Shown here piece by piece: positions 50,669-61,141 of a DNA stretch of 64,000 nt (the first letter of the stretch is position 1; every line of letters starts with the position of its first letter). The notes below the pieces were generated by a model. The model was not told the origin of the DNA. It made no database searches and worked only from the letters and a program-made list of their open reading frames with translations. Made by a program: the position numbers and the translations under genes. Source of the DNA: Candidatus Poribacteria bacterium (lineage in GTDB: Bacteria > Poribacteria > WGA-4E > PCPOR2b); the NCBI GenBank assembly GCA_965198175.1, contig OZ240245.1, positions 4,096,001 through 4,160,000 of the forward strand, written 5' to 3'.

Positions 50669-52681
50669 ATGGCGGAATTAGGGCAGGCAGCAATATATCT
50701 CTCAGTTTTTTCTTGTCTGTGGGCAATGGCGATGCTGTGCATGGGACTGCGTCATAATAACTACAATGCTGTCCTCAGCGGACGCAATGGTGTCGTTGGG
50801 ACGTTTGCTTTAATAACGCTTGCAACAGGCGCATTGATCTACGGTTTTGTGACAAACGACTTCTCAATGAAATATGTCGTCGAGGTCTCCAGCAACGATC
50901 AACCTTTGCTGTACAAGGTCACTGCGTTGTGGGGACGGATGTCCGGCTCGCTCCTGTTTTGGCTTTGGCTCGTGACGCTTTTTGGTGCCTTGGTTGTATG
51001 GACAAATCAGCGTGCGACCGATTACTTGGCTGACTATGCCCTCGTCCCCATTTCGATAGTACAACTCTTTTTTATCATTCTCGTAACAGGCTTAGTTGAG
51101 GGCGTCTATAATCCACTGGAGCGTTTGCCGAACGATGCGGTTGCTCGGGACGGGGCTGGAATGAATCCGCTGCTGCAAACACCGAGTATGGTATTTCATC
51201 CTCCATCACTTTACGTTGGCTTTGTCAGCCTAACTGTACCCTTTGCCTTTGCGATTGGCGCACTTGCCGCTGGAAAGATAGGAAGCGAATGGATTTTCAG
51301 ATCTCGTCGATGGATAATGGCATCATGGCTGCTGTTGACGATCGGCATCACACTCGGTGGGAATTGGGCGTATCGTGAACTCGGATGGGGCGGCTATTGG
51401 GCGTGGGATCCGGTCGAAAATGCCTCCTTCATGCCGTGGCTGCTTGGGACAGCCTATCTCCATTCGGTGATGATTCAAGAAAAGCGGAATATGCTCAAAC
51501 TCTGGAATATCATCCTGATTACCCTGGCGTTTGAGTTCACACTGTTGGGAACATTCATCACTCGCAGCGGAATCGTCTCTTCCGTGCATGCGTTCGCACA
51601 ATCCGACATCGGACACTATTTTCTAATGTTCATTGGCCTTTCCACACTGGGTGTCATTGCGCTTCTTGCTTACCGTTGGAACGACCTGAAAAGCCCCAAT
51701 CGACTCGAATCTCTCCTTTCCCGTGAAAGCGCATTCCTTCTAAACAATTGGATGCTTGTGGGATTGACGCTGATTATTCTATGGGGAACGCTATGGCCAA
51801 TTATAACAGAAGGAGTCACTGGAGCGAAAGTTGCTGTGCCAGAGTCATTCTTCAATCAGGTGGTCATCATTCCCGGACTGCTCCTTTTGTTGTTGACAGG
51901 GGTTGGACCTATCACCTCATGGAAAAAGTTGACGCCAAGCAATTTCAGACGGATGTTTGCCAAACCGATCGTCCTGGGTTTAGTCGGTGCCATACTTACA
52001 TGGGTATATCTTGCTTTGAAAGGGCACACTACAACAATCTACTCTGCGCTTTGCGTCTTCGCCGGCGTTTTTGTCCTCGCGGCTATCTCTGACGAATTCT
52101 ATCGCGGTGCCAAATTGCGTGCCAAACGCCAAGAAACCACCGTCTTTAATGGGCTAATTCAGCTGGTTCAGCGCAACAAACGTCGATACGGCGGTTACAT
52201 CGTCCATATCGGTATCGTGATTGTATACATTGGAATTCTGGGGTCTAAAGGCTATTTTCTGTTGGAATCGAAGGGGTTAAAACTTGAGGAATCAATGGAC
52301 GTCGGTAAATACACACTCACGCTGGAGAATGCGTTTCAGGAAGAGCACCCTAATTTCTCGCTTGGCGGGGTTGTTTTCGCTGTTAATAAAGGTGGAAAGC
52401 CGATGGGAACCATGCGGCCGGCACGTGGATTTTACCAAAAAGCTGGGCAGGGTGAACAGGACACAATCGAATCTGCGATACGCCATTTCGGGTTAAACGA
52501 TCTCTATATTGCATTGGGTCCTCTTCCTGAAAACGTACCTGCCCATGTGCAATCGGGCGGAATCGTTTCTGTTCAAGTTTACCATAATCCGCTTGTCAAT
52601 GTTGTCTGGCTTGGCGTCGCCGTCATGGTGGTTGGTGGACTGGTTGCAACCTTTGAGAAGCGCCCAAAAGCCAATGTGTAA
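50669..52681 (+). CDS. ccmF: Cytochrome c haem lyase CcmF
   Basis: MNPLLQ, FHPP, WAYRELGWGGYWAWDPVEN, SVHAF. Confidence 0.97.
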   Translation: MAELGQAAIYLSVFSCLWAMAMLCMGLRHNNYNAVLSGRNGVVGTFALITLATGALIYGFVTNDFSMKYVVEVSSNDQPLLYKVTALWGRMSGSLLFWLWLVTLFGALVVWTNQRATDYLADYALVPISIVQLFFIILVTGLVEGVYNPLERLPNDAVARDGAGMNPLLQTPSMVFHPPSLYVGFVSLTVPFAFAIGALAAGKIGSEWIFRSRRWIMASWLLLTIGITLGGNWAYRELGWGGYWAWDPVENASFMPWLLGTAYLHSVMIQEKRNMLKLWNIILITLAFEFTLLGTFITRSGIVSSVHAFAQSDIGHYFLMFIGLSTLGVIALLAYRWNDLKSPNRLESLLSRESAFLLNNWMLVGLTLIILWGTLWPIITEGVTGAKVAVPESFFNQVVIIPGLLLLLLTGVGPITSWKKLTPSNFRRMFAKPIVLGLVGAILTWVYLALKGHTTTIYSALCVFAGVFVLAAISDEFYRGAKLRAKRQETTVFNGLIQLVQRNKRRYGGYIVHIGIVIVYIGILGSKGYFLLESKGLKLEESMDVGKYTLTLENAFQEEHPNFSLGGVVFAVNKGGKPMGTMRPARGFYQKAGQGEQDTIESAIRHFGLNDLYIALGPLPENVPAHVQSGGIVSVQVYHNPLVNVVWLGVAVMVVGGLVATFEKRPKANV

Positions 52682-52682
52682 A

Positions 52683-53189
52683 ATGAAAAGCTACCGCACG
52701 GTTCTCTTAATCTTAATATGCTTCAGCCTCTTAACTTGGGTGGCGGACGCGCAAGAGCAGGAAATCACAACCGATCCATCGCTCGAATCAAACTTAGAGG
52801 AACTGACAACAAGCGTATACTGTTACTGCGGCTGCGTGCGAGAGACAATTAGAAATTGCGTCTGTGGAACTGCCCAACAGGTTGAAATGGACTTTCGCAA
52901 CCGCCTCAGTGCTGGGGGAACGGTTCAACAGATTCGGGCTGACTATCTTGCAAAGTACGGTACGCAGTTCTCAGCACTCATGCCTGCCCAAGGATTTAAT
53001 ATCGTTGCTTATGCGATGCCAGCGGTTATCATGGTGCTAATCGGTGTTATCGTCTTTCTTGTGCTTAGATCGAAGCGCAGAGCAACATTACTGGATTCGA
53101 CCGTTCCGACGGAGCAACAGCCGCAGAAATCAGCAAGTCGATTCGATGAGATTGAGGAAGAATTGGAACGCTACAAACAGCGAAGGTAG
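52683..53189 (+). CDS. ccmH: CcmH/CcmL-like maturation protein
   Basis: Signal peptide, CYCGC...CVC, YLAKYG, C-terminal TM; position after ccmF. Confidence 0.75.
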   Translation: MKSYRTVLLILICFSLLTWVADAQEQEITTDPSLESNLEELTTSVYCYCGCVRETIRNCVCGTAQQVEMDFRNRLSAGGTVQQIRADYLAKYGTQFSALMPAQGFNIVAYAMPAVIMVLIGVIVFLVLRSKRRATLLDSTVPTEQQPQKSASRFDEIEEELERYKQRR

Positions 53190-53218
53190 CGTCAGACATT
53201 AGAAGTCGGGGGTTAATC

Positions 53219-53557
53219 ATGTTTTTTGTGTTTTTATGGATTTTATTACTCGGGCTTCCCCTTTTGGTCTATCTGGGTCTGCCACTTTGGTCCCAACCCC
53301 GCATTTTTCCAGAAATACAACCTGTCGAGGCGCGTATGCAAACCCTATTCCTTGAGCGTGAACGCAGCTATTCAGCGCTCGTAGACCTTGAGGAAGATTA
53401 CGAAACAGGCAAGTTATCGCAAGGAGACTATCAAGCCCTTCGCGGGCAACTGTTGCAAGAAACAGCAGCGGTTCTGACGCGGATCGAAACGGACGGTATG
53501 ACATCTGTGGAGGAAGAAATCGAAAGATTTAAACAAGAGAGGCAATCACGGGGTTAA
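53219..53557 (+). CDS. CcmI N-terminal-like protein
   Basis: TM then LVDLEEDYETGKLSQGDY coil; operon context. Confidence 0.65.
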   Translation: MFFVFLWILLLGLPLLVYLGLPLWSQPRIFPEIQPVEARMQTLFLERERSYSALVDLEEDYETGKLSQGDYQALRGQLLQETAAVLTRIETDGMTSVEEEIERFKQERQSRG

Positions 53558-53565
53558 AATAATAT

Positions 53566-54861
53566 ATGCGCGATAACCGTAAAGTTGGAAAGCCAGACAA
53601 CGTGCGCTTTTTATGTTTTGCGCCTCACGTTTTAACTTTTTTATTCACGGCTTTAATCTGTCAGTCTTCCGCTGTTGGACAAAGCGACACCGGCAAAATC
53701 GAAGGGCAAGTCATACATAGGAAGGAAAATCGACCACTTTCTCAACAGTTAGTGATTTTACAAATTCACCAAGGAAGCGAAGATGTCCAGCAACGTGAGA
53801 CGGTGACAGACGATGACGGGGTTTATATCTTCGACAATCTCTCAACAGCCGTCGATGTGCACTACGAGATTTCAACCGCTTACGACGGAGAGGTATATGT
53901 AGAAAAAAATCTTGTCCTGTCAGAGTGGGTACCTAAAATCAAGGTTAATATTGAGATTGTTGCCTATACCGATGACTCTTCGAAGGTGAAGATTCGCCAG
54001 CATAGGATCTTAATTTTACCGCCACCGGCGGATCATGCCCCAGATCAAGCCGTTTCGGTGATGGAGATGATTGATGTCGAGAACATAAGCGATTCCGCCT
54101 TTCGAATCGCTCTCGACAGTCAGTCGACGGGACTACATTTTAATCTGCCAGAAGAATACGAAGCTCTACGAATAGATCCGATTTTCAAACAAGATCCGAC
54201 CGCCCAAACCAATCGGCTGGTTTCTAATCAGCCGCTGGAACCGGGCACATCAAGTTTCGGATTTTCATATATCACACACATTGGCTCTGGGTTAGACCTT
54301 TCTCGGAAACTGACATTTGATACGGATCAGGTTTACGTTTTTGTTGCGGAAGGCATTCCATTGACGCCACAATCGAGAATTCTGGGAGCAGGTGCAAGGG
54401 AACAGCACCACGGTCTGGTGATTACTATTTATGCCACGGATCCTGCGAAGCCGCTATCAATGGGGCAAGCGGCAGATCTGCGCTTCAAGGTTACATCCGC
54501 TCCGCCTCCGCCTCAAAGCGGTATACGTGAAACAGCTAGAAAAGCATCGGACCCAAAGATGATTGCGCTCATCGCAATCTCTGCGGCACTTGCAGGTGGT
54601 TTTTTGGTTGCGGCGATTTTCAAGGTCCGCGCCCCAACACCACCTGTTGACCTCCAAGATACTCAAGCTGCCCCAGATTTGAGTTGGCTCCGCAAATTGG
54701 ATGCCGCCGACATCGATCGGACGCGGGTTGCGCGGCTTGAAATGGTTAGTCGTCTAGAGGCATTGTACGAAAAGCGCGAAATCTCCGAGCGGGTTTATAA
54801 CCGGCTGCGGAAAGAGCAAGCAGACCGACTTGCTTCTGTCCTCACGCAAATCAACCGGTAG
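53566..54861 (+). CDS. Exported beta-sandwich protein with C-terminal TM, associated with ccm genes
   Basis: GKIEGQV...TDDDGVYIFDNL; C-terminal TM and coil. Confidence 0.7.
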   Translation: MRDNRKVGKPDNVRFLCFAPHVLTFLFTALICQSSAVGQSDTGKIEGQVIHRKENRPLSQQLVILQIHQGSEDVQQRETVTDDDGVYIFDNLSTAVDVHYEISTAYDGEVYVEKNLVLSEWVPKIKVNIEIVAYTDDSSKVKIRQHRILILPPPADHAPDQAVSVMEMIDVENISDSAFRIALDSQSTGLHFNLPEEYEALRIDPIFKQDPTAQTNRLVSNQPLEPGTSSFGFSYITHIGSGLDLSRKLTFDTDQVYVFVAEGIPLTPQSRILGAGAREQHHGLVITIYATDPAKPLSMGQAADLRFKVTSAPPPPQSGIRETARKASDPKMIALIAISAALAGGFLVAAIFKVRAPTPPVDLQDTQAAPDLSWLRKLDAADIDRTRVARLEMVSRLEALYEKREISERVYNRLRKEQADRLASVLTQINR

Positions 54862-54955
54862 TGCATGTTTTCTTATCAGTCTTCAGATTATCTTTGGACT
54901 TCAATAATTGTTGCTACCCCTCAAACATGGATGTTTAATGCTCTGGAGGAGACGC

Positions 54956-55990
54956 ATGGAAACCAGTCGTCGGATTCAAGCCGGTAAGCTTCAGACCTTC
55001 ATCTCGCGACTCTGTGAGGTGGCTGGAACCCCCCACAACATAGCAGAATCGGTGTCAAGAATTCTCGTAAACGCTGACCTCAAAGGTCACACTTCGCATG
55101 GCGTGTTTCATGTCTCCAATTACATGCAATCAATAGAACACAAAGATTTAATTCCTGACAAGGTGCCAGAGATTCTGCAGCAAACGCCGAGTACCGCCTT
55201 TGTGGACGCGCGCAATGGCTGGGGACATTATTCCGCGCAATGGGGCATGAATCTCGCCATGCAGAAGGCACGTTCCTCTGGGATAGGAGCCGTCAGCTTC
55301 GTAAACCTCAATCATATTGGCAGATTGGGCGAGTACGCCGAACAAGCCGCCTCGGAGGGGTTTATAGGTGTAGTGACCGCGGGCTGGGGTGCGCCAGTGG
55401 CTGGAGAAATGACTTCGTATGGTGTAGTCGCTAACGGTCTGAGCACAAACCCAATGGCGCTTGGTGTTCCGAGTGCGGACGGTAAGCCCTTCATATCGGA
55501 TTTCGCAACGACAGCGCTTGCGAATTCAAAAGTCCTTGTGTTCAAGATGAAAGGAATGAAACTCCCTCCCGGATGTATTGTGGATAAGCACGGGCAGCCA
55601 AGCGTTGAGCCCGATGATTACATTGAAGGCGGAAGACTTCTCGTTTTTGGCGGACAAAAGGGCTATGCAATCTCTCTTATGACATGTCTCCTAGGCGGGC
55701 TTGGGGGCGCCTTCAATCCCGATACGGGCCACATCAGTGGGACCTTTTTTCAGGCGATTGATGTGCGCGCCTTCCAGCCTCTTGAGGCATATCAGCAGAA
55801 TGCCAGCGCTTTTCTTGAGGGCATTCGGTCCACCCCACCAGCCCCCGCGTTCTCCGAAGTACTTGTCCCTGGAGACCTAGAGCGGCGAGCTGAAGAGGAA
55901 CAGTTACGTGAGGGGATTGAGTTACCGGAGACAGTTTGGAGTAGGCTTCTGGAATGCAGTGAGAAGTACAGGGTAGAGCTAGAACACTAA
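54956..55990 (+). CDS. Ldh_2 family oxidoreductase
   Basis: ADLKGHTSHG, NHIGRLGEY, STNP, KGY; SD GGAGGAG. Confidence 0.92.
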   Translation: METSRRIQAGKLQTFISRLCEVAGTPHNIAESVSRILVNADLKGHTSHGVFHVSNYMQSIEHKDLIPDKVPEILQQTPSTAFVDARNGWGHYSAQWGMNLAMQKARSSGIGAVSFVNLNHIGRLGEYAEQAASEGFIGVVTAGWGAPVAGEMTSYGVVANGLSTNPMALGVPSADGKPFISDFATTALANSKVLVFKMKGMKLPPGCIVDKHGQPSVEPDDYIEGGRLLVFGGQKGYAISLMTCLLGGLGGAFNPDTGHISGTFFQAIDVRAFQPLEAYQQNASAFLEGIRSTPPAPAFSEVLVPGDLERRAEEEQLREGIELPETVWSRLLECSEKYRVELEH

Positions 55991-56098
55991 ACCATTTTGG
56001 CGCTTATCCTTCAAAGTTAAGGGAAATCGGAGCAAAAAGGCAATAGAATCCTTGTCGATTCTAGTATCAAAATTCATGAAGTACAAGGAGAATACTAA

Positions 56099-58528
56099 GT
56101 GAACACAACTGCAAGGACAGGTTTGCACGAGGGAACTTCCGCCCCCCAGCGTAATCGGAGGCTTTTTTCTACTGACGCACCAGTGCTGGCGTGGTCGCAA
56201 TTTCCAGCCGATGGATTTCGTGAGCCTGCATGCGGCGTGATTTACAGACGCAAACAGCGAATCGAGAACGGGATGCCCCTAGGTGGTATTGACACTGGGC
56301 GCCTCGATTTAAATACTGACGCGACCTTCGGATACTGCACGATTTTCAACTCCATCTGTCCTGAGGGTGGACCGCTCGAACTGCCATTTCTTGGTATGAC
56401 CGTAGGTGAGCAGGTTTGGTTGCTCAGCGATCCACGGGAGGCGTATGGCGGTTACATGTGGTTTGGCATTCAGACACCGCGTGAGATTCACTATTGGGGC
56501 CATTACCCCGTTGCGGACCTTGAATACGAGATGCCGGAATCGCCGGTCAATGTTGGATTACGCGCCTGGGCACCGTTCCTACCCGGAGATTCTGCGACCA
56601 CCAATACTCCCGGACTCGTGTTTGAAGTACATCTCCGCAATGTGACGGACACGGCGCAGGAAGGACGATTGGCTTTCAGTTTTCCCGGTCCCACCCAAGC
56701 TGAAGCCCAAATCTCAGCCCATAGCCCGCGTGAAAAAACACCGATGCCGTACGGTCATACATGGATTGCAGTTGCGCCGGAACCGGTGAAGGCGAAGCGA
56801 GAAGCCGTACACGGAGAATTTACCGGGGTGGTTGTCACATCGGAAAAGGTTCCAGAAATCGGATATGCACTCGGCGTGGTTGGAGAGGCGGATATCGCGC
56901 TTGGCGGGGGACTAGCAATTCGCAGTCCGTCTATGAGCAGCGGTAAAGCGTGGGCGACAATTGGCTCAGAACTTCCTGAGCCCGGTGAAACCGACTTCAG
57001 CGGGTCGGTTTCTGTCGGCTTCCAACTGTCGCCGGGAGAGGAGAAAGTCGTTCGGTTTGTGCTTGCATGGTACGCACCCATGTGGATAGGAGAAGGTCCA
57101 CATACGTTCACCCACATGTACACCACCCGGTACAAGAGTGCCCTTGGTGTTGCTCAATTTCTAAGTCGTGAGCACCACTCCCTTTTGCAGCGCGTCCTGG
57201 CGTGGCAGGGGGTTATTTATACGGAGAAGAACCTCCCAACTTGGCTCCAGGATTCACTGATAAATATTCTCCATCTCTTTGCTATCAACAGTTTGTGGGC
57301 TGCAGCCCGCCCTCCGATTGGACCATGGTGTCGACTGGAGGAAGGGTTGTTTGGGTTAATTGATGGAATCACGGAGAATCCAGCTGTCGAACCTATCCCT
57401 GACACCTTTTATGCCAATGCGCCCCTTGTTTTCTTTTTCCCCGACCTCGCCCTTTCAACACTGCGAGGCTACAAAGCCTATCAGTTTGCCAACGGTGCAG
57501 CGCCGTGGGTGTTCGGCGGAGTTGTGGGCGCTGCGGTAGGTGGATACGAGCCGACGATGGGCGCTGAGTTTGCGATGCCAACCCCGGGCTATCAGACGAC
57601 GACCAATGGGCCCTGCTACGTTGATTTAGTTGACCGATACCTGCGCCGGACTGGTGACTGCGAAGTCCTAGAAGAGTTCTATCCATCGATTAAGAAAAAT
57701 ACAATCTACACGATGAATCTCAGGTCAGAGGATGGCGCCGACGGTATCATCAGTGTACCTCGTGGGAATGTGGACCCATACGGACCCAATGAGCCACCGG
57801 GACACCACCTCGAGTGGTTTGAAGCGGTATTGTGGTTTGGGATGACATCGCATGTGGGAGGTATCCACCTCGCAAACTTGAGAATGTCGCAACGGCTCGC
57901 AGAGCAGGTGGGAGACGAGGAGTTTGCCCAGCAGTGCCGAAATTGGCTTGAGCAAGGCAGCCAATCAATGGAAGACAAGATGTGGGCGGGGGCATACTAT
58001 TTAAGCTACAACGAGCCGGAAACCGGTCGAAAATCAGATGATGTCTTCGGCTATCAACTTGATGGGCAGTGGATGGCACGATTTCACGGTTTGCAGGGCG
58101 TTTTCCGCTTCGACCGAGTCAAAGATAGTCTGGAGACAATTAAACACACATGCGCAGCGTTGACACCCTATGGCGCGCTGAATTTCGCTCGTCCCGATGG
58201 AAGTCTGTCACAAGGTTTGGGATATGGTCCAACTGCCTATTTTACGCCCGAACTGTTCATGCTTGCGATGACCTACATGTACGAGGGAGATCAGGAATTT
58301 GGTCTGGAACTGGCGCGTCGGTGCACTCATAACCTCACCATCAACACGCTATCAACCTGGAACCTGCCGAATCTAGTACGCGGCGACAATGGCGACCGGT
58401 TGTTTGGTGCGCACTATGTTCAGAACTTAATGCTTTGGGCACTCCCAGCGGCTCTGGAGGGTAAGGATATTGCTGCGTTCTGTGCGCCGAACGGTTTGGT
58501 TGACCGTATTATCCAGGCAGCTGGATAG
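56099..58528 (+). CDS. Glycoside hydrolase family 116-like protein
   Basis: GMPLGGIDTG, GHYPVADL, AWAPFLPGD, QLDGQW; SD AAGGAG. Confidence 0.85.
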   Translation: MNTTARTGLHEGTSAPQRNRRLFSTDAPVLAWSQFPADGFREPACGVIYRRKQRIENGMPLGGIDTGRLDLNTDATFGYCTIFNSICPEGGPLELPFLGMTVGEQVWLLSDPREAYGGYMWFGIQTPREIHYWGHYPVADLEYEMPESPVNVGLRAWAPFLPGDSATTNTPGLVFEVHLRNVTDTAQEGRLAFSFPGPTQAEAQISAHSPREKTPMPYGHTWIAVAPEPVKAKREAVHGEFTGVVVTSEKVPEIGYALGVVGEADIALGGGLAIRSPSMSSGKAWATIGSELPEPGETDFSGSVSVGFQLSPGEEKVVRFVLAWYAPMWIGEGPHTFTHMYTTRYKSALGVAQFLSREHHSLLQRVLAWQGVIYTEKNLPTWLQDSLINILHLFAINSLWAAARPPIGPWCRLEEGLFGLIDGITENPAVEPIPDTFYANAPLVFFFPDLALSTLRGYKAYQFANGAAPWVFGGVVGAAVGGYEPTMGAEFAMPTPGYQTTTNGPCYVDLVDRYLRRTGDCEVLEEFYPSIKKNTIYTMNLRSEDGADGIISVPRGNVDPYGPNEPPGHHLEWFEAVLWFGMTSHVGGIHLANLRMSQRLAEQVGDEEFAQQCRNWLEQGSQSMEDKMWAGAYYLSYNEPETGRKSDDVFGYQLDGQWMARFHGLQGVFRFDRVKDSLETIKHTCAALTPYGALNFARPDGSLSQGLGYGPTAYFTPELFMLAMTYMYEGDQEFGLELARRCTHNLTINTLSTWNLPNLVRGDNGDRLFGAHYVQNLMLWALPAALEGKDIAAFCAPNGLVDRIIQAAG

Positions 58529-58676
58529 GTTCAAGAAGATGCCGATAACGTCTGAAAACGATTGATTTTGTCAAAAAAGGTTAGCTCAAGTTACGTTTGT
58601 ATGCCTTTCCACACTATTTCTCCGAGTGTCGTATGCGCTCAGTACCGGGAGGTATTGTGCATTCCAGATCGACGTT

Positions 58677-58713
58677 TTGTAGGGTAGACACCGTCCCATA
58701 CACAACCCTACAA
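58677..58713. repeat. GTAG-type REP-like palindrome
   Basis: TTGTAGGGT-N19-ACCCTACAA. Confidence 0.45.
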
Positions 58714-58771
58714 TATAGCATAAATTTTCTTGTGGAGAGGTATAGTCTTAATCAGGATAAGGAGATTACAG

Positions 58772-59479
58772 ATGCAAGTTCTCATCATCGGCTGCGAATA
58801 TGCGGGCAAGACGACTCTTGCCCAAGGCATCACGAGATGGCATGAGGAAATGATGGGGCATATTGCCTATCCGTATTGGCATGATCACTTCGTGTTGCCA
58901 AACGTTGGCCAAGGTCCCGACAGTCAAGCGGAGAATGAGGCTATCATTGAACTCCTCAAGACGGTTCCCTCACTGGTCGAGAAATTCCAGCGTTTCCAAA
59001 TCCTTTACCATCTACAGCCTCACCTTCTTCGGGGCGACGATTTCTTTCTGGTAAACTGGTATTACGCCGACGCTGTGTATGGGCCACTTTATTACGGCGA
59101 CTTTAAAGCATCGTGGGAACCCGGTCACCAGTGGCTTGGGCAGTTCGTTGAGCATGAGGTAAAAGCGCTGGTACCGGAAATGGTCTTAGCACTGGTGAAA
59201 GCATCTCCGGAAGTTATCCGGGACCGGATGCGCCGGCATCCACTGCCGAACTGCCCGCTCAAAGAGAGTGATGTAGAGATTGTGTTGGATCGTTTTCAAG
59301 AACAGTACAAGAATTCGCTATTCGATGCAAAGATTACAATAGATACAACGAACTTAACGGTAGAACAAACGCTGCAGGACTTCGTGCACAAAGCGGAGCC
59401 CTTTCTGAGATCTGTAGACCGGCAGCGAATTCTCAACCACCAAGTGTTACAACAAACGAAATCCATGGATGACCGTTAA
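58772..59479 (+). CDS. P-loop kinase-like protein (NMP-kinase fold)
   Basis: Walker A-like IIGCEYAGKTT, LVKASPEVIRDR, IDTT; SD TAAGGAG. Confidence 0.7.
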   Translation: MQVLIIGCEYAGKTTLAQGITRWHEEMMGHIAYPYWHDHFVLPNVGQGPDSQAENEAIIELLKTVPSLVEKFQRFQILYHLQPHLLRGDDFFLVNWYYADAVYGPLYYGDFKASWEPGHQWLGQFVEHEVKALVPEMVLALVKASPEVIRDRMRRHPLPNCPLKESDVEIVLDRFQEQYKNSLFDAKITIDTTNLTVEQTLQDFVHKAEPFLRSVDRQRILNHQVLQQTKSMDDR

Positions 59480-59579
59480 TCTGAATGCGGTGATGAGTAT
59501 GCATTGAGTCAGGACTTTGGTTCATGGAAGAGACACCGTAAAAAACCGCCACGTTTGTGGGCTAGTGCAGGGATACGAG

Positions 59580-59606
59580 ATTCCCAAGTGCTTCAGACTT
59601 GGGAAT
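59580..59606. repeat. Perfect 10-bp intergenic hairpin
   Basis: ATTCCCAAGT-GCTTCAG-ACTTGGGAAT; no U-tract. Confidence 0.5.
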
Positions 59607-59652
59607 ACATCTATCAATACTGATAAACCTTTAATCAAAAAAGGAGCGCAAA

Positions 59653-60270
59653 ATGCTACAAGCACCAACTTCAGCAGTTGTACTTTTTAACGGCGAAGAC
59701 GTTGACAATTGGATGCAACGCAATGGTTCGCCAGCGACTTGGGCGATCGCAGACGGTGCGATGACCACCTGTGACGCCGATATTTTAACCGAGGAAAAGT
59801 TTACGGACTTCATGCTGCACCTGCAGTTTATGACTCCCGATATGCCGGAGGCGACTGGTCAGGCGAAGGGAAACAGTGGGGTGTTCCTACAAGGCCGATA
59901 CGAAATTCAGGTGTTAGATTCTTATGGCATCGAAGTGCCCGGCAAAGGCGACTGCGGTGCAGTTTATAACGAACACGCTTCATTAGTGAATGCATGCAAA
60001 CCGCCTCTTCAGTGGCAAACGTACGATGTAATCTTACGAGCGCCGCGCGTCGATGATTCGGGCAATCAGTTAGAGGCGGCCCGGGTAACTGTTCTACAAA
60101 ATGGTCTAGTGATTCAGAACAACGTCCATATTGAGAGCACCTCAGCAGGTGCAGTCGACGAAAACATTTCAGAACCCGGCCCGCTTTTGCTGCAGTATCA
60201 TGGTGATGAGGTGCGGTATCGTGACATTTGGATCGCACCGCTCCCGCTTAAGGGATCTGACGTATACTAA
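59653..60270 (+). CDS. DUF1080 / 3-keto-disaccharide hydrolase family
   Basis: LFNG, GNSGVFLQGRYEIQVLD, WQTYD, LLQYHG..VRYRDIW. Confidence 0.92.
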   Translation: MLQAPTSAVVLFNGEDVDNWMQRNGSPATWAIADGAMTTCDADILTEEKFTDFMLHLQFMTPDMPEATGQAKGNSGVFLQGRYEIQVLDSYGIEVPGKGDCGAVYNEHASLVNACKPPLQWQTYDVILRAPRVDDSGNQLEAARVTVLQNGLVIQNNVHIESTSAGAVDENISEPGPLLLQYHGDEVRYRDIWIAPLPLKGSDVY

Positions 60271-60506
60271 ACTGTTCACATTGCATCGCTTTAGAATACA
60301 AAACATACAGGTGCACCATTCCTTACACAAAGCGTAGCTTGAAGGGGGTTTTCAACTCCTCTTCAAGCCTTTATGCTGGTGCGCCTGTTTGATACCTACT
60401 TGACTGCATGCGCATCTGTCCGGGGTATCATTCGCCCAGACAGAATTGCGCATGGGTATAATCACTGACAACTTGAAATTACTGTGCATTTGGCAAGGAT
60501 GGCTTT

Positions 60507-60878
60507 GTGATAGGGCCGTGGTATAGAAGCACTGTTTTGGTTTGCGTTTTATCTTTCGCTGGATGTGGGATGGCACACCAATCACAAGAAGCGGGCGAAC
60601 CGATGACAACGGGATATGGCAACCCATACTTTGAACAGGGCAACATCCATCTTAAGAAGAAACAATATCACAAGGCAATCGAACAGTACAGCCATGCGCT
60701 GCGCTTGAATCCGGATTCCGCCGTTATCCATGCCGCTCTCGGATGGGCATACTACAACGTAGGTAAACTTGATGCGGCAATCGCTGAAGGGGAAGAAGTG
60801 ATGCGTTTAGAACCAGAGAACAACGATGTACAGAAGTTGATGGACCTACTCTACCAGCAGCGGAATCGACCACGTTGA
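60507..60878 (+). CDS. TPR lipoprotein
   Basis: Lipobox FAGC followed by two TPRs. Confidence 0.75.
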   Translation: MIGPWYRSTVLVCVLSFAGCGMAHQSQEAGEPMTTGYGNPYFEQGNIHLKKKQYHKAIEQYSHALRLNPDSAVIHAALGWAYYNVGKLDAAIAEGEEVMRLEPENNDVQKLMDLLYQQRNRPR

Positions 60879-61079
60879 CATACTCCCAAGGCAAATAAAA
60901 CACTTAGGATTCTGGTTTCCACAATGACTGCCCACCACTAGCAGATTCGACGTAATCTCCCCAAGGCTCGATGTCCCATCCCTTTCAGTCTAATCCCGCG
61001 TCCAACTCCCCATAAGAAAATGTCTGCAAGCCAAGTCGAGTCGCGTAATCTGACGTGCTAATGTCTGGGCTGTTTCTTG

Positions 61080-61108
61080 TTGACATGTGTTCGGCAAGTT
61101 GATAAAAT
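61080..61108 (+). promoter_or_regulatory. Sigma70-type promoter
   Basis: TTGACA-N17-TAAAAT with extended TG. Confidence 0.65.
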
Positions 61109-61141
61109 GGAGATCACAAGGACAGCAGGGAGAATACCGCG

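Noticed and set aside
44222..50742. Long antisense ORFs (44222-44914, 49133-49810, 50176-50742) and similar shadows elsewhere
   Set aside because: They lie opposite well-supported genes and show no motifs or ribosome-binding sites
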